A stretch of 64,000 nucleotides of DNA from an uncultured Candidatus Thioglobus sp. (GTDB taxonomy: Bacteria > Pseudomonadota > Gammaproteobacteria > PS1 > Pseudothioglobaceae): contig CAYFPI010000002.1 of assembly GCA_964344985.1 (NCBI GenBank), positions 5,739 through 69,738 on the forward strand, read 5' to 3'. The position numbers and the translations under genes are program-made. Every line of letters starts with the position of its first letter. The stretch's first letter is position 1. Shown piece after piece: positions 27,613 through 38,088 of this stretch. The notes under the pieces were generated by a model. That model searched no databases. It was given only the letters and a program-made list of their open reading frames with translations, and was not told the DNA's origin.

Positions 27613-28728
27613 ATGAAATCATTTAACCCGCCAGTAAGAACTTTAATGGGTCCAGGACCTTCTGATGTGCACCCAAGAATTTTATCAGCCATGGCGCGCC
27701 CTACTATTGGCCACTTAGATCCGGCATTTGTTGGCATGATGGATGAAACTAAAAAAGGTTTGCAATACATTTTTAAAACTGAAAACGATCTAACCATGCC
27801 AGTATCAGCACCAGGTTCTGCTGGCATGGAAACCTGTTTTGCCAACTTGGTTGAGCCGGGTGACAAAGTTATAGTTTGTATCAACGGCGTGTTTGGTATG
27901 CGCATGAAAGAAAACATCACGCGTTTTGGTGGCGAGGCTATCGTAGTAGAAGATGATTGGGGTAAAGCAGTATCAGTTGATAAAGTTGAGCAAGCTTTAA
28001 AAGATAATGCAGATGCAAAAATTGTTGCTTTTGTTCATGCAGAAACCTCAACAGGCGCGCAGTCTGATGCTAAAGCATTGTGTAAGATTGCACATGAGCA
28101 TGATTGTGTTACTATCGTGGATGCGGTAACTTCTCTTGGTGGTAGTGAGCTTCGTGTTGATGAGTGGGAAATTGATGCTATTTACTCAGGCTCACAAAAG
28201 TGTTTATCGGCCATGCCTGGTATTTCACCGATTTCTATTGGTGATCGCGCTATTAAAAAAATTACAGACAGAAAAACACCGGTGACTTCTTGGTTCTTGG
28301 ATTTAAATCTAGTAATGGGATACTGGGGAGAAGGCGCTAAACGTACTTATCATCACACTGCACCAGTAAATACCCTATATGGACTACATGAATCTCTGGT
28401 TATGATTTCAGAGGAAGGACTTGAAAACTCTTGGGCACGCCATCAAAAAAATCACGAAGAATTAAGAGATGGCTTAGAAGCTATGGGTATTAGTTTCTTA
28501 GTTAACAAGGAAGACCGCTTGCCGCAATTAAACTCTGTTGTTATTCCTGATGGCGTTGACGATGCTCAAGTACGCTCAACACTACTTAATGATTACAATT
28601 TAGAAATTGGTGCTGGCCTTGGTGCTTACGCTGGAAAAGTATGGCGAATTGGACTAATGGGACACGCCTCAAGAAAAGAAAACATCACTTTATGTTTGGC
28701 TGCTCTAAAAGCAACATTAGGAAAATAA
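27613..28728 (+). CDS. class V aminotransferase (serine/alanine-glyoxylate aminotransferase type)
   Basis: It has the N-terminus MKSFNPPVRTLMGPGPS and the PLP-lysine motif SGSQKCL. It is divergent from glcDEF. Confidence 0.8.
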   Translation: MKSFNPPVRTLMGPGPSDVHPRILSAMARPTIGHLDPAFVGMMDETKKGLQYIFKTENDLTMPVSAPGSAGMETCFANLVEPGDKVIVCINGVFGMRMKENITRFGGEAIVVEDDWGKAVSVDKVEQALKDNADAKIVAFVHAETSTGAQSDAKALCKIAHEHDCVTIVDAVTSLGGSELRVDEWEIDAIYSGSQKCLSAMPGISPISIGDRAIKKITDRKTPVTSWFLDLNLVMGYWGEGAKRTYHHTAPVNTLYGLHESLVMISEEGLENSWARHQKNHEELRDGLEAMGISFLVNKEDRLPQLNSVVIPDGVDDAQVRSTLLNDYNLEIGAGLGAYAGKVWRIGLMGHASRKENITLCLAALKATLGK

Positions 28729-28742
28729 AAAAATAAAGCAAC

Positions 28743-28772
28743 AAAAAAGGCGACCAATTGGTCGCCTTTTTT
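28743..28772. terminator. bidirectional terminator AGGCGACC-AATT-GGTCGCCT with A6 and T6 flanks
   Basis: It lies between the convergent aminotransferase and ferredoxin genes. Confidence 0.8.
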
Positions 28773-28787
28773 AATATCTAAAGAAAA

Positions 28788-29030
<243 letters not shown>

Positions 29031-29130
29031 CTAGTCCATAGAAAATTAAATATAGGTGCTATTTTACCGTATTGTTAATTGAATTTTTATTGTGTTTTTA
29101 GGTATCATAATTAAATTTTCCGATACTATT

Positions 29131-30126
29131 ATGCGATTTTTTCTATCATTAATCACTCTACTTTTTTCCCTATCTTCTCACGCTGAATTAGACGACGGTC
29201 TGTATGCAAACTTGCGCACCAATCAAGGCGATATTCTTGTTAAATTAGAGTTTGAAAAGACACCACTAACCGTTATTAATTTTGTTGGTCTTGCTGAAGG
29301 CACCAAAAACTCAAACATTCAAACTGGCAAGCCGTTTTATAACGGGTTAAAATTTCACCGCGTTATTGACAATTTCATGATTCAAGGTGGTGACCCTAAA
29401 GGCAATGGTACAGGTGGTCCCGGTTATCAATTTATGGATGAAATTACTGATCTTAAGCATGATGGTGCTGGCACTTTATCCATGGCAAACTCCGGCCCTA
29501 ACACCAATGGATCACAGTTTTTTATCACCCATACAGACACATCTTGGCTAGATGGAAAACACACTGTATTTGGCCACGTAGTAAAAGGCATGAGTGTGGT
29601 TAATAGTATCAAACAAGATGATTTTATTCGAAAAGTCAATATTATCAGACAAGGTGAAAAAGCTAACAAATTCCAAACTGATGAAGCCGCATTCCAGGCT
29701 GTTATCGCTAAATTTAACTCTATTGAAGAAGAAAAAATAGCCAAAAAAAGACAGTCTTTCATTGACTTTGTTAAGCAGAACTACCCAAGTGCAAAAGAAG
29801 CTCCTCAAGGTCATTTTGTTCAAGTTATCACAACAGGATCAGGTGCAAATCCTAAAAAAGGCGACTTGGTAAAAGTTGATTTGTCAATTGATTTATCTGA
29901 TGGCACCAACATGCGCGAATCAGGCAAACCACTGCCTTTTGCAGCGGGTTCTGGCACTATCATTAAAATCATTGACGACTCAGTATTAGAGATGAAAGCA
30001 GGTGAAAAACGCACTCTTGTTGCACCTTATTATCAGATCTATGGCGACAGCAAGCGTGGCAATTTATCTCAAAACTCGGTGCTTATTTTCACACTAGAGC
30101 TTTTGTCTATTAACGAGGTTGATTAA
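29131..30126 (+). CDS. secreted dual-family peptidyl-prolyl isomerase (N-terminal cyclophilin + C-terminal FKBP-like domain)
   Basis: It has the signal peptide [18 protein letters not shown] and the cyclophilin core [15 protein letters not shown]...[17 protein letters not shown]. The FKBP-like tail reads GDLVKVDL...[30 protein letters not shown]...[10 protein letters not shown]. Confidence 0.75.
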   Translation: MRFFLSLITLLFSLSSHAELDDGLYANLRTNQGDILVKLEFEKTPLTVINFVGLAEGTKNSNIQTGKPFYNGLKFHRVIDNFMIQGGDPKGNGTGGPGYQFMDEITDLKHDGAGTLSMANSGPNTNGSQFFITHTDTSWLDGKHTVFGHVVKGMSVVNSIKQDDFIRKVNIIRQGEKANKFQTDEAAFQAVIAKFNSIEEEKIAKKRQSFIDFVKQNYPSAKEAPQGHFVQVITTGSGANPKKGDLVKVDLSIDLSDGTNMRESGKPLPFAAGSGTIIKIIDDSVLEMKAGEKRTLVAPYYQIYGDSKRGNLSQNSVLIFTLELLSINEVD

Positions 30127-30131
30127 CCAAT

Positions 30132-31217
30132 ATGTTTCTTGAGCTTATTGATTCTTTAACACAGTTTAATGCTAATTTTTCCGTATTAAACTACCTGACA
30201 GTTCGTGCGGTATTGGCAATGCTTGCTGCGCTACTGATTAGTTTGGCTATGGGTCATTACTTAATTGACAAGCTACATCAATATCAAATCGGACAAGTAG
30301 TTCGTACAGATGGGCCACAGTCGCATCTGTCAAAATCTGGCACGCCAACCATGGGTGGTGTTATGATTTTATTTGCCTTTATCGTCAGTAGTTTGATTTG
30401 GGGAGATTGGTCAAGCAAATACCTATGGATTGTACTTACAACTGCTGTTATATTTGGCGCAGTTGGCTTTATGGATGACTATCTTAAGTTAAAGCATAAA
30501 AGCTCAGATGGGTTAAGCTCAAGAAAAAAAATTATTGGTCAATCTGTTGGTGCAATCATTATTGGCACTTGGATTATCACCACTCAAAGCGATCCAATTC
30601 AAACCCAACTACTACTTCCATTTTTTAAAGATATCGCCATACCTCTGGGCACTATTGGTTTTTTAATATTAACTTATTTTGTTGTTGTTGGCTCATCTAA
30701 TGCTGTTAATTTAACAGATGGATTGGATGGCTTGGCCATCATGCCAGTTATCTTAATAGTTAGCGCTTTTGCACTATTTGCCTACATTAGTGGTAACTAT
30801 AATTTCTCAACCTATCTAAATATGCCGTTCATGCCAGGCACTGGTGAATTGTTTATTATCTGCGCTGCATTGGTAGGTAGTAGTCTTGGATTTTTATGGT
30901 TTAATACCTACCCTGCTGAAATATTTATGGGCGATGTTGGCTCATTGGCACTGGGTGCCATCTTGGCAGTTATTGCTATTCTTTTGCGTCAAGAAATATT
31001 GCTATTCATTATGGGTGGCGTATTCGTTGCTGAAACCCTATCGGTTATGATTCAAGTGAGCTATTACAAACGTACAAAAAAACGTTTTTTCTTAATGGCG
31101 CCTATTCACCACCATTTTGAGAAAAAAGGCATCTCTGAGCCAAAAATTATTGTACGCTTTTGGATGGTAACCTTAATCTTAGTACTCGTTAGCCTTGCTT
31201 CAATCAAGATACGTTAA
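30132..31217 (+). CDS. mraY: phospho-N-acetylmuramoyl-pentapeptide transferase
   Basis: 361 aa with [13 protein letters not shown] and PIHHHFE motifs. Confidence 0.9.
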   Translation: MFLELIDSLTQFNANFSVLNYLTVRAVLAMLAALLISLAMGHYLIDKLHQYQIGQVVRTDGPQSHLSKSGTPTMGGVMILFAFIVSSLIWGDWSSKYLWIVLTTAVIFGAVGFMDDYLKLKHKSSDGLSSRKKIIGQSVGAIIIGTWIITTQSDPIQTQLLLPFFKDIAIPLGTIGFLILTYFVVVGSSNAVNLTDGLDGLAIMPVILIVSAFALFAYISGNYNFSTYLNMPFMPGTGELFIICAALVGSSLGFLWFNTYPAEIFMGDVGSLALGAILAVIAILLRQEILLFIMGGVFVAETLSVMIQVSYYKRTKKRFFLMAPIHHHFEKKGISEPKIIVRFWMVTLILVLVSLASIKIR

Positions 31218-31228
31218 AATGGCTTCTT

Positions 31229-31678
31229 ATGAGTAATCTAGACAAATGGGATCAGCGTTATTTATCGCTTGCAAAAGAGGTGGCCACTTGGTCAAAAGAC
31301 CCTTCTACTCAAGTTGGTGCTGTTACTGTTGGCAGTAAAAAAGAGGTTCTTTCTCAAGGTTTTAATGGCTTTCCACGTGGCATTCATGATACAGATGAAC
31401 GCTACAATCACAGGGAAACTAAATACAAATTCGTAGTTCATGCAGAAATGAATGCCATCTATAACGCAACTTATTCTGGCACATCGCTTGATGGTGCAAC
31501 CCTTTATGTATACGGCCTGCCAATTTGTTCAGAATGCGCCAAAGGTATCATCCAAGTTGGTATTAAAAAAGTGGTTATTGAAAAATCTAAAGAATTAGAT
31601 AATTGGAATGAGAGCGTTCAACTCTCTAAAGAAATGTTTAATGAGGCTGGTGTTGAGCTGGTTATTAAGGGCGAATAA
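31229..31678 (+). CDS. dCMP deaminase family (ComEB-like) zinc deaminase
   Basis: 149 aa with VHAEMNAI and PCSECAK zinc ligand motifs. Confidence 0.8.
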   Translation: MSNLDKWDQRYLSLAKEVATWSKDPSTQVGAVTVGSKKEVLSQGFNGFPRGIHDTDERYNHRETKYKFVVHAEMNAIYNATYSGTSLDGATLYVYGLPICSECAKGIIQVGIKKVVIEKSKELDNWNESVQLSKEMFNEAGVELVIKGE

Positions 31679-33247
31679 ATGTCTGAAATTTCTAAACGCC
31701 GCACCTTTGCAATTATCTCTCACCCCGACGCTGGTAAAACCACTGTCACCGAAAAACTCTTGCTCTATGCTGGCGCTATCAAAACCGCAGGCAGTGTAAA
31801 GGCAAGAAAAGCAGATGCCCACGCTACTTCTGATTGGATGGAAATGGAAAAAGAAAGAGGAATTTCTATTACCTCATCCATCATGCAGTTTGACTACGAT
31901 AATCACGTCATCAATCTTTTAGATACACCAGGGCACGAAGACTTCTCTGAAGATACTTATCGCACCCTAACAGCGGTTGACTCTGCTCTTATGGTGATTG
32001 ATGTTGCCAAGGGTGTTGAGATGCGCACCATTAAACTCATGGAAGTTTGTCGCCTGCGCGATACCCCTATTCTTACTTTTATTAACAAGCTTGATCGTGA
32101 AGGTAAAGAGCCGATTGATCTTATGGATGAGGTTGAAACTGTACTGAACATTGAATGCGCACCAATAACTTGGCCAATTGGCATGGGTAAGCGCTTCAAA
32201 GGCGTTGTACACTTGCTTGAAGACAAGATTTATTTGTTTGAAGCGGGCAAGAATTCTGAAGTGGGTGAAAACATTATCATTGATGGGGTGGATAATCCTG
32301 AGCTAGATACTGTTTTAGGCTCTGATGTTGCTAGCGAGATGCGTGACGAGGTAGAACTTATTCGTGAAACTACCACACCATTTGATCTAGATGCTTTTTT
32401 AAAAGGCGCGCAAACGCCAGTATTTTTTGGCTCTGCCATTTCCAACTTCGGCATCCAAAACTTGCTTGATGGCTTTATTGAGTACGCACCCACGCCAAAA
32501 AATAGAGAGTCTGATGTGCGTGAAGTAGCTCCAGATGAGAAAAAACTCACTGGTTTTGTGTTTAAAATTCAAGCCAACATGGATCCTAAACACCATGACC
32601 GCTTAGCCTTTATGCGTATTGTGAGTGGTGAATATAAAAAAGGCATGAAAGTCTTACAAGTGGCGACTGGCAAACAAATCAAAATCGCTAATGCGGTTAC
32701 CTTTATGTCGCGTGAGCGCACCAGTAGTGAAGTGGCTTACGCAGGTGATGTTATTGGTATTCATAACCATGGTGGTATTAGTATTGGCGATACTTTTACC
32801 CAAGGTGAAAAACTCACTTTCCAAGGCATTCCAAATTTTGCGCCTGAGCTATTTCGTCGAGCACAACTTAAAGACCCTTTAAAAGCTAAAGCCCTACAAA
32901 AAGGCTTAGATCAACTTTCTGAAGAAGGCGCAACACAGGTATTTCGCCCCATTATCAACAGCTCTCAAATTCTTGGTGCAGTTGGTGTGTTGCAGTTTGA
33001 TGTGGTTGCTCATCGCCTAAAGTACGAATACGGGGTAGATTGTCAATTTGAAACCATTGCCATTGCCACAGCTCGCTGGGTAACAGGCAATGATAAAGAC
33101 ATCGAACAACTTAAAGCTAAAACAGGCAATAATGTCGCGGTTGATTCTGCCGGCATGTTAACTTACCTAGCACCATCCATGGTTAATCTTCAACTAACAA
33201 TGGAGCGCCACCCAAACCTTACATTCTCTGCCACTCGAGAACATTAA
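31679..33247 (+). CDS. prfC: peptide chain release factor 3
   Basis: 522 aa translational GTPase with [17 protein letters not shown] and NKLD. Confidence 0.95.
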   Translation: MSEISKRRTFAIISHPDAGKTTVTEKLLLYAGAIKTAGSVKARKADAHATSDWMEMEKERGISITSSIMQFDYDNHVINLLDTPGHEDFSEDTYRTLTAVDSALMVIDVAKGVEMRTIKLMEVCRLRDTPILTFINKLDREGKEPIDLMDEVETVLNIECAPITWPIGMGKRFKGVVHLLEDKIYLFEAGKNSEVGENIIIDGVDNPELDTVLGSDVASEMRDEVELIRETTTPFDLDAFLKGAQTPVFFGSAISNFGIQNLLDGFIEYAPTPKNRESDVREVAPDEKKLTGFVFKIQANMDPKHHDRLAFMRIVSGEYKKGMKVLQVATGKQIKIANAVTFMSRERTSSEVAYAGDVIGIHNHGGISIGDTFTQGEKLTFQGIPNFAPELFRRAQLKDPLKAKALQKGLDQLSEEGATQVFRPIINSSQILGAVGVLQFDVVAHRLKYEYGVDCQFETIAIATARWVTGNDKDIEQLKAKTGNNVAVDSAGMLTYLAPSMVNLQLTMERHPNLTFSATREH

Positions 33248-33256
33248 AAAAGAGTT

Positions 33257-33298
33257 AAGACAACTTAAGCATGGTTAAAAACCTGTTAAAGTTGTCTT
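33257..33298. terminator. long-loop hairpin (AAGACAACTT ... AAGTTGTCTT) between convergent genes
   Basis: It has a 10-bp stem and a 22-nt loop. No clear T-run is present, so terminator function is uncertain. Confidence 0.35.
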
Positions 33299-33307
33299 GA
33301 CCCTAAG

Positions 33308-33778
33308 TTATTTAGAAAAATCAATAAAACTCATTTGGTCTGGTCCAACTTCTGACATTACTTCAGCAACATCACCACCAAACATATTACCAAGTAGTTC
33401 GGCATTCATATAAGCCACCCAGGTTGTGCCATCAGTTTTTTCAAATACCGAAATAGTGCATGGCATAAATACTGAAATTTTCTTATTTTCATCTTTTTTC
33501 AGTGAGTTGTATGCATACTCTGCATTACAGAGATTAATTAACATTACAGGTGGAACAATATGTTTACCACCAGAATGCTTCTTAATAGATTTGTGTAGTG
33601 GTTTAATGCTTGGAATTGCCCAACCTTTAGCCTCAGCATTAGCTTTAATTTTAGCAACCGTCTCTTCTGTCCCATAAGGGCTTTTTGCTTCTTTTAACAT
33701 CATATCCGGCATAACATTCCAGCCAACTACGCCTGCTACAATTACACCTGCTACAAATCCTACTATTGTGTTTTTCAT
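33308..33778 (-). CDS. DUF302-domain protein with an N-terminal membrane anchor
   Basis: MKNTIVGFVAGVIVAGVVGW is the TM helix, followed by a DUF302-like core (...VFMPCTISVFEKTDGTTWVAYMN). The ATG at 33776-33778 is preferred over the TTG at 33814. Confidence 0.65.
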   Translation of the reverse strand: MKNTIVGFVAGVIVAGVVGWNVMPDMMLKEAKSPYGTEETVAKIKANAEAKGWAIPSIKPLHKSIKKHSGGKHIVPPVMLINLCNAEYAYNSLKKDENKKISVFMPCTISVFEKTDGTTWVAYMNAELLGNMFGGDVAEVMSEVGPDQMSFIDFSK

Positions 33779-33833
33779 TTTTTTATCCTTTTGTTGAAAA
33801 AACACCGTCCCCAAATAATGTTTTTATTGTTAT

Positions 33834-34187
33834 TTATTTACTTTGTGTCTCTTCTTGAGTTGGTGCAGGTGTGCGAACTACGCCTGGACCCCAAGGAGTA
33901 TTCATGTACTCGTTAGGTGAAAAGCCATAACCATTAGGGTTATAATTGTACGGTCCATAGCCGTAGTAGTTATCGTTCCAACCATTGTCATCAAACTCAT
34001 CAAACATATTTTCCATTTCTTCCATGTACCAACGAGGATCCCAGAAGTCGTATGGATTGTATCCAAAAATTCCATTATCATCATAATAGCCATAGCCATT
34101 ATTCCAACCATTGTAATTGTTGTTATTCCAAAAGGCGTTTGAACCTAGAGAAACAGCAAGCAACATAATTGCAATTATCTTTTTCAT
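33834..34187 (-). CDS. secreted low-complexity Asn/Tyr/Gly/Trp-rich acidic protein
   Basis: AAGGAG precedes the ATG at 34185-34187. The signal peptide is MKKIIAIMLLAVSLGSNA. The 99-aa mature part has N18, Y14, G12, W6 and no Cys (hand count). Confidence 0.65.
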   Translation of the reverse strand: MKKIIAIMLLAVSLGSNAFWNNNNYNGWNNGYGYYDDNGIFGYNPYDFWDPRWYMEEMENMFDEFDDNGWNDNYYGYGPYNYNPNGYGFSPNEYMNTPWGPGVVRTPAPTQEETQSK

Positions 34188-34231
34188 GTTTATCTCCTTT
34201 TTTTTATTAAACATGGTTATATTATATTCCT

Positions 34232-34261
34232 ATAATATTACATTTACTTGATATAGGTCAA
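34232..34261 (-). promoter_or_regulatory. putative sigma70 promoter of the N/Y/G-rich protein gene
   Basis: The minus strand reads TTGACC, an 18-nt spacer, then TATTAT, about 45 nt upstream of the ATG. Confidence 0.4.
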
Positions 34262-34265
34262 GAAA

Positions 34266-34295
34266 AACAAAAAAAATGCCGCTTAAAAAGCGGCA
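34266..34295 (-). terminator. intrinsic terminator of gyrA
   Basis: The minus strand reads TGCCGC-TTTTTAA-GCGGCA followed by T8. Confidence 0.75.
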
Positions 34296-34321
34296 CTTAA
34301 TTTAGTCTTTATAAAAGACAA

Positions 34322-36913
34322 TTACTCTTCTTCAGAGATAGGCTCGTCGCCCTCTTCATCCTCAGTTTCAGCAATTTTAGCTACTGATACTAATTTCTCA
34401 CCTTTGGCGATATTAATCAATGTAACACCTTGGGTATTACGGCCAATAATAGAAACATCAGCTGCACGAGCACGCACTAACGTACCTTTATTAGAGATCA
34501 ACATCATTTCATCTTCATCAGTTACTTGGATAGCGCCAACCACTTTACCATTACGATCAGAAGTTTTAATAGAGATCACGCCAGAACCACCACGTGCTTG
34601 AGCTCGGTATTCGTCAAGCGCTGTACGCTTGCCGTAGCCTTTTTCAGTGGCTGTTAAAATTGGGCTTTCATTATCTGCCACAATCGCTGAGACGATTTCA
34701 TCATCAGACAGCTTCATACCACGCACACCAATCGCCGTACGACCTACTGCACGAACATCTGACTCTTTAAAGCGAATTGACTTACCACCTGCTGAGAAGA
34801 GCATGATATCGTTATCACCTGAAGTAATTTCCACACCTACTAGTTTGTCACCATCTCTAAGTTCAATAGCAATAATACCGCCTTTTCTTGGACGGGCAAA
34901 ATTAGTGAGTGATGTCTTCTTACAAGTACCACTACTGGTCACCATGAATACAAACTGATCATCAGTAAACTCTGTTACTGGCAAGATTGCATTAATAACC
35001 TCGTCTTTTTCTAACGGTAATAAATTAACAATTGGCTTGCCCTTAGCGGTACGTGAGGCCATTGGCAGCTCATAAACCTTCAACCAATGCACCTTACCTG
35101 TTGATGAGAAACATAAAACAGTGTCGTGCGAATTGGCTACAAATAGCTGATCGACAAAGTCTTCATCTTTCATTTTCGTTGCTGCCTTACCCTTGCCACC
35201 ACGACGCTGAGCTTGATAATCACTTAAAGATTGTGCCTTAACATAACCGCCATGAGACAGTGTAACCACACGATCTTCTTGGGCAATTAGATCTTCTAAA
35301 GTAAGATCAATCTTGCTTTCTAAAATTTTGGTCATTCGATCATTGGCAAAGTTATCACGAACTTCAATTAACTCTTCACGAATCACTTGCATCAGTCTTT
35401 CAGGGTTTTGCAAGATGTCAAGCAGGTATTTAATCCACTCTAATAATTCATTAAATTCATCAAAAATCTTATCTTTCTCAAGACCTGTTAAACGATGAAG
35501 TTTTAAATCAAGAATAGCTTGCGCTTGCTTTTCAGAAAGCTGATAATCGCCAGATTGCTGCAGACCCAACTCTGCAGGCAGATCTTCTGGTTTGAACAAT
35601 GACATGTCGCGATCACCAATTAGATCTTGAATAACACTACCCTGCCATGTTTTTGCAACTAAAGATTCTTTCGCCTGCGTTGGATTTGGTGCGGCTTTAA
35701 TTAGCTCAATAATTTCATCAATATTATGTAGTGCAACGGATAACCCTTCTAAGATGTGTGCACGATTTCTAGCTTTGTTAAGATCGAAAATTGATCGACG
35801 AGTAACCACGTCACGTCTGTGCGCAATAAAGGCATTTAACACACCCTTAAGCGTCATTAACTTAGGCATGCCTTTATCAATAGCCACCATGTTAATGCCG
35901 AATACTGTTTGCATTTCAGTTAGCTTATAAAGATTATTAAGCATTACTTCTGGCACTTCACCACGACGAAGTTCAATTACCATGCGCATACCGTCTTTGT
36001 CAGATTCATCTCTAAGACCGGTAATACCGTCAATACGCTTATCTTTAACTAGCTCTGCAATCTTACCAATCAACTTGGCTTTATTCACCTGATATGGCAA
36101 TTCTGTAACGATAATGCTTTGTTTGTCTTCGCCTTCAACGTGAGAAACGGAGCGAAGATAAATTTTCCCCTTGCCTGTTTCGTAGGCTTGGCGAATACCG
36201 CTTGCACCATTAATAATGCCTGCAGTTGGAAAATCAGGCCCTGGCATAACCTCTAGCAATTCGTCAATGGTTACATTTTCATCATCAATAGTTTTAAGGC
36301 AAGCCTCAACCACTTCCCCTAAATTATGAGGCGGAATGTTAGTTGCCATACCTACCGCAATACCTGAAGATCCATTAACCAGTAAATTTGGAACGCGTGT
36401 TGGCAATACTGAAGGCTCTGATTCTGAACCATCATAGTTATCAATAAAATCAACTGTTTTCTTATCTAGATCGCGTAGTAATTCATGCGAAAGTTTTGCC
36501 ATACGGATTTCTGTATAACGCATTGCTGCAGCAGAATCACCATCAACAGAACCAAAGTTACCTTGACCATCAATTAAAATATTACGCATTGAGAATGGTT
36601 GCGCCATACGAACGATCGTGTCGTATACAGCAGTATCGCCATGAGGATGGTATTTACCAATTACATCACCGACAATACGAGCAGATTTTTTATAAGCCTT
36701 ATTGTAATCATTGCCCAAAACATCCATAGCATAAAGCACACGACGGTGAACAGGTTTAAGTCCATCTCGAACATCAGGCAATGCACGACCAACGATAACA
36801 CTCATAGCGTATTCCAAATAGGAATCTCGCATCTCGTCTTCGATGGTTATTACAGGGAAATTAGGCTCGAATTTTTCGTCTAAATCTTGTGGATTATCGA
36901 TATTGTCAGACAT
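34322..36913 (-). CDS. gyrA: DNA gyrase subunit A
   Basis: 863 aa with AAMRYTE (active-site Tyr), QRDR-type GDxAVYD, C-terminal beta-pinwheel repeats and an acidic tail. Confidence 0.95.
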   Translation of the reverse strand: MSDNIDNPQDLDEKFEPNFPVITIEDEMRDSYLEYAMSVIVGRALPDVRDGLKPVHRRVLYAMDVLGNDYNKAYKKSARIVGDVIGKYHPHGDTAVYDTIVRMAQPFSMRNILIDGQGNFGSVDGDSAAAMRYTEIRMAKLSHELLRDLDKKTVDFIDNYDGSESEPSVLPTRVPNLLVNGSSGIAVGMATNIPPHNLGEVVEACLKTIDDENVTIDELLEVMPGPDFPTAGIINGASGIRQAYETGKGKIYLRSVSHVEGEDKQSIIVTELPYQVNKAKLIGKIAELVKDKRIDGITGLRDESDKDGMRMVIELRRGEVPEVMLNNLYKLTEMQTVFGINMVAIDKGMPKLMTLKGVLNAFIAHRRDVVTRRSIFDLNKARNRAHILEGLSVALHNIDEIIELIKAAPNPTQAKESLVAKTWQGSVIQDLIGDRDMSLFKPEDLPAELGLQQSGDYQLSEKQAQAILDLKLHRLTGLEKDKIFDEFNELLEWIKYLLDILQNPERLMQVIREELIEVRDNFANDRMTKILESKIDLTLEDLIAQEDRVVTLSHGGYVKAQSLSDYQAQRRGGKGKAATKMKDEDFVDQLFVANSHDTVLCFSSTGKVHWLKVYELPMASRTAKGKPIVNLLPLEKDEVINAILPVTEFTDDQFVFMVTSSGTCKKTSLTNFARPRKGGIIAIELRDGDKLVGVEITSGDNDIMLFSAGGKSIRFKESDVRAVGRTAIGVRGMKLSDDEIVSAIVADNESPILTATEKGYGKRTALDEYRAQARGGSGVISIKTSDRNGKVVGAIQVTDEDEMMLISNKGTLVRARAADVSIIGRNTQGVTLINIAKGEKLVSVAKIAETEDEEGDEPISEEE

Positions 36914-37020
36914 ACAAAAATAGCTTGATTAAATTAGCTTTTATTGTACCTTAAACACGTCAAAATACACAACATAATTGTGTAAATTAATCATGTAAAA
37001 TTTATTGAAAAATCAATAAC

Positions 37021-38076
37021 TTATGAGTTTCTTTGTTGGACTGCCTTAGCCAGTATTTTAAGCAGTGTTTCTGTATCATCCCAACCAATGCAACTATCGG
37101 TAATACTAACACCATATTTCAACGATTCTAATGGACCAACTGACTGAGCGCCTTCATTGATGTTTGACTCAATCATAACACCAAATATTTTGTCTGATCC
37201 GCTGCTAATTTGTCTGGCGATTTCATCGCCCACCAGTAGCTGATTTTTGAATTTTTTCTCACTATTGGCATGAGAGAAATCAACCATGACCTTATCCATC
37301 AGACCTTCATCTTTTAATTGTTGGTGAGTTTCTTTAATGCAAGACTCATCGTAATTTGGACCATCAGCGCCACCGCGAAGAATGATATGCGCCGTATCGT
37401 TGCCTGAAGAAGTGTAATGACTCACACCACCTTCTTTATTAACAGAAAGCAAATGGTGGGGGCTATTGGCCGATTTAATTGCGTCAATAGCAACTCTAAG
37501 CGATCCTGTTGTGCCATTTTTAAACCCTACAGGGCAAGATAAGGCTGATGCCAACTCTCGGTGAGATTGACTCTCTGTGGTGCGTGCACCAATAGCACCC
37601 CAAGAAATCAAATCTGATATGTACTGTGGTGTAATTAGATCAAGATATTCTACTGCGACAGGCATATTCATATCTGCAATGTCTGTTAGCAAATGACGTG
37701 CAATTTTAAGACCTTTATCAATGTTAAAACTCTCGTCTAAATCAGGATCATTAATCAAACCCTTCCAACCAATAGTTGTGCGTGGCTTTTCAAAATAAAC
37801 ACGCATTACAATGAACAAGTCCTCTTTAAGCTCTTCTTTTAACTCGGCTAATTTTTGAGCATACTCACGCGCTGCTTTAGAGTCATGAATGGAGCAAGGC
37901 CCAACAATAACCATAAGACGCTTATCATTACCCGTAAGAATTTCTTTAATTGTTTCTCTGGCCTGAAAAATACTGGCTGATGCGGCATTGTTTAATGGAA
38001 ATTTTTCCATTAATTCATTAGGCGGCATGATAGGTGCGCTTGAGGTAATTCTTAAATTGTCAGTATTGTATTTCAC
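37021..38076 (-). CDS. aroG: class I 3-deoxy-7-phosphoheptulonate (DAHP) synthase
   Basis: 351 aa with the IVGPCSIHD and KPRT motifs. The isoenzyme type cannot be decided from the sequence alone. Confidence 0.85.
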   Translation of the reverse strand: MKYNTDNLRITSSAPIMPPNELMEKFPLNNAASASIFQARETIKEILTGNDKRLMVIVGPCSIHDSKAAREYAQKLAELKEELKEDLFIVMRVYFEKPRTTIGWKGLINDPDLDESFNIDKGLKIARHLLTDIADMNMPVAVEYLDLITPQYISDLISWGAIGARTTESQSHRELASALSCPVGFKNGTTGSLRVAIDAIKSANSPHHLLSVNKEGGVSHYTSSGNDTAHIILRGGADGPNYDESCIKETHQQLKDEGLMDKVMVDFSHANSEKKFKNQLLVGDEIARQISSGSDKIFGVMIESNINEGAQSVGPLESLKYGVSITDSCIGWDDTETLLKILAKAVQQRNS

Positions 38077-38088
38077 GGCTTAATTTTT

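Noticed and set aside
31679-33247. Programmed frameshift site in a release-factor gene
   Set aside because: That feature belongs to prfB. This gene is prfC, with a single uninterrupted frame.
33902-34111. 69-aa alternative-frame ORF on the same strand as the N/Y/G-rich protein gene
   Set aside because: It is a by-product of the repetitive codon composition. It has no start context, whereas the annotated frame has a strong RBS and a signal peptide.
34404-36883. Several plus-strand ORFs of 61-103 aa inside gyrA (34404..34601, 34647..34958, 36496..36729, 36599..36883 and others)
   Set aside because: They are antisense shadow ORFs within a strongly supported, full-length gyrA. They have no RBS and no recognisable motifs. 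The same reasoning applies to the antisense ORFs inside nhaD, gcvP, prfC, glcD, parC and ampG.
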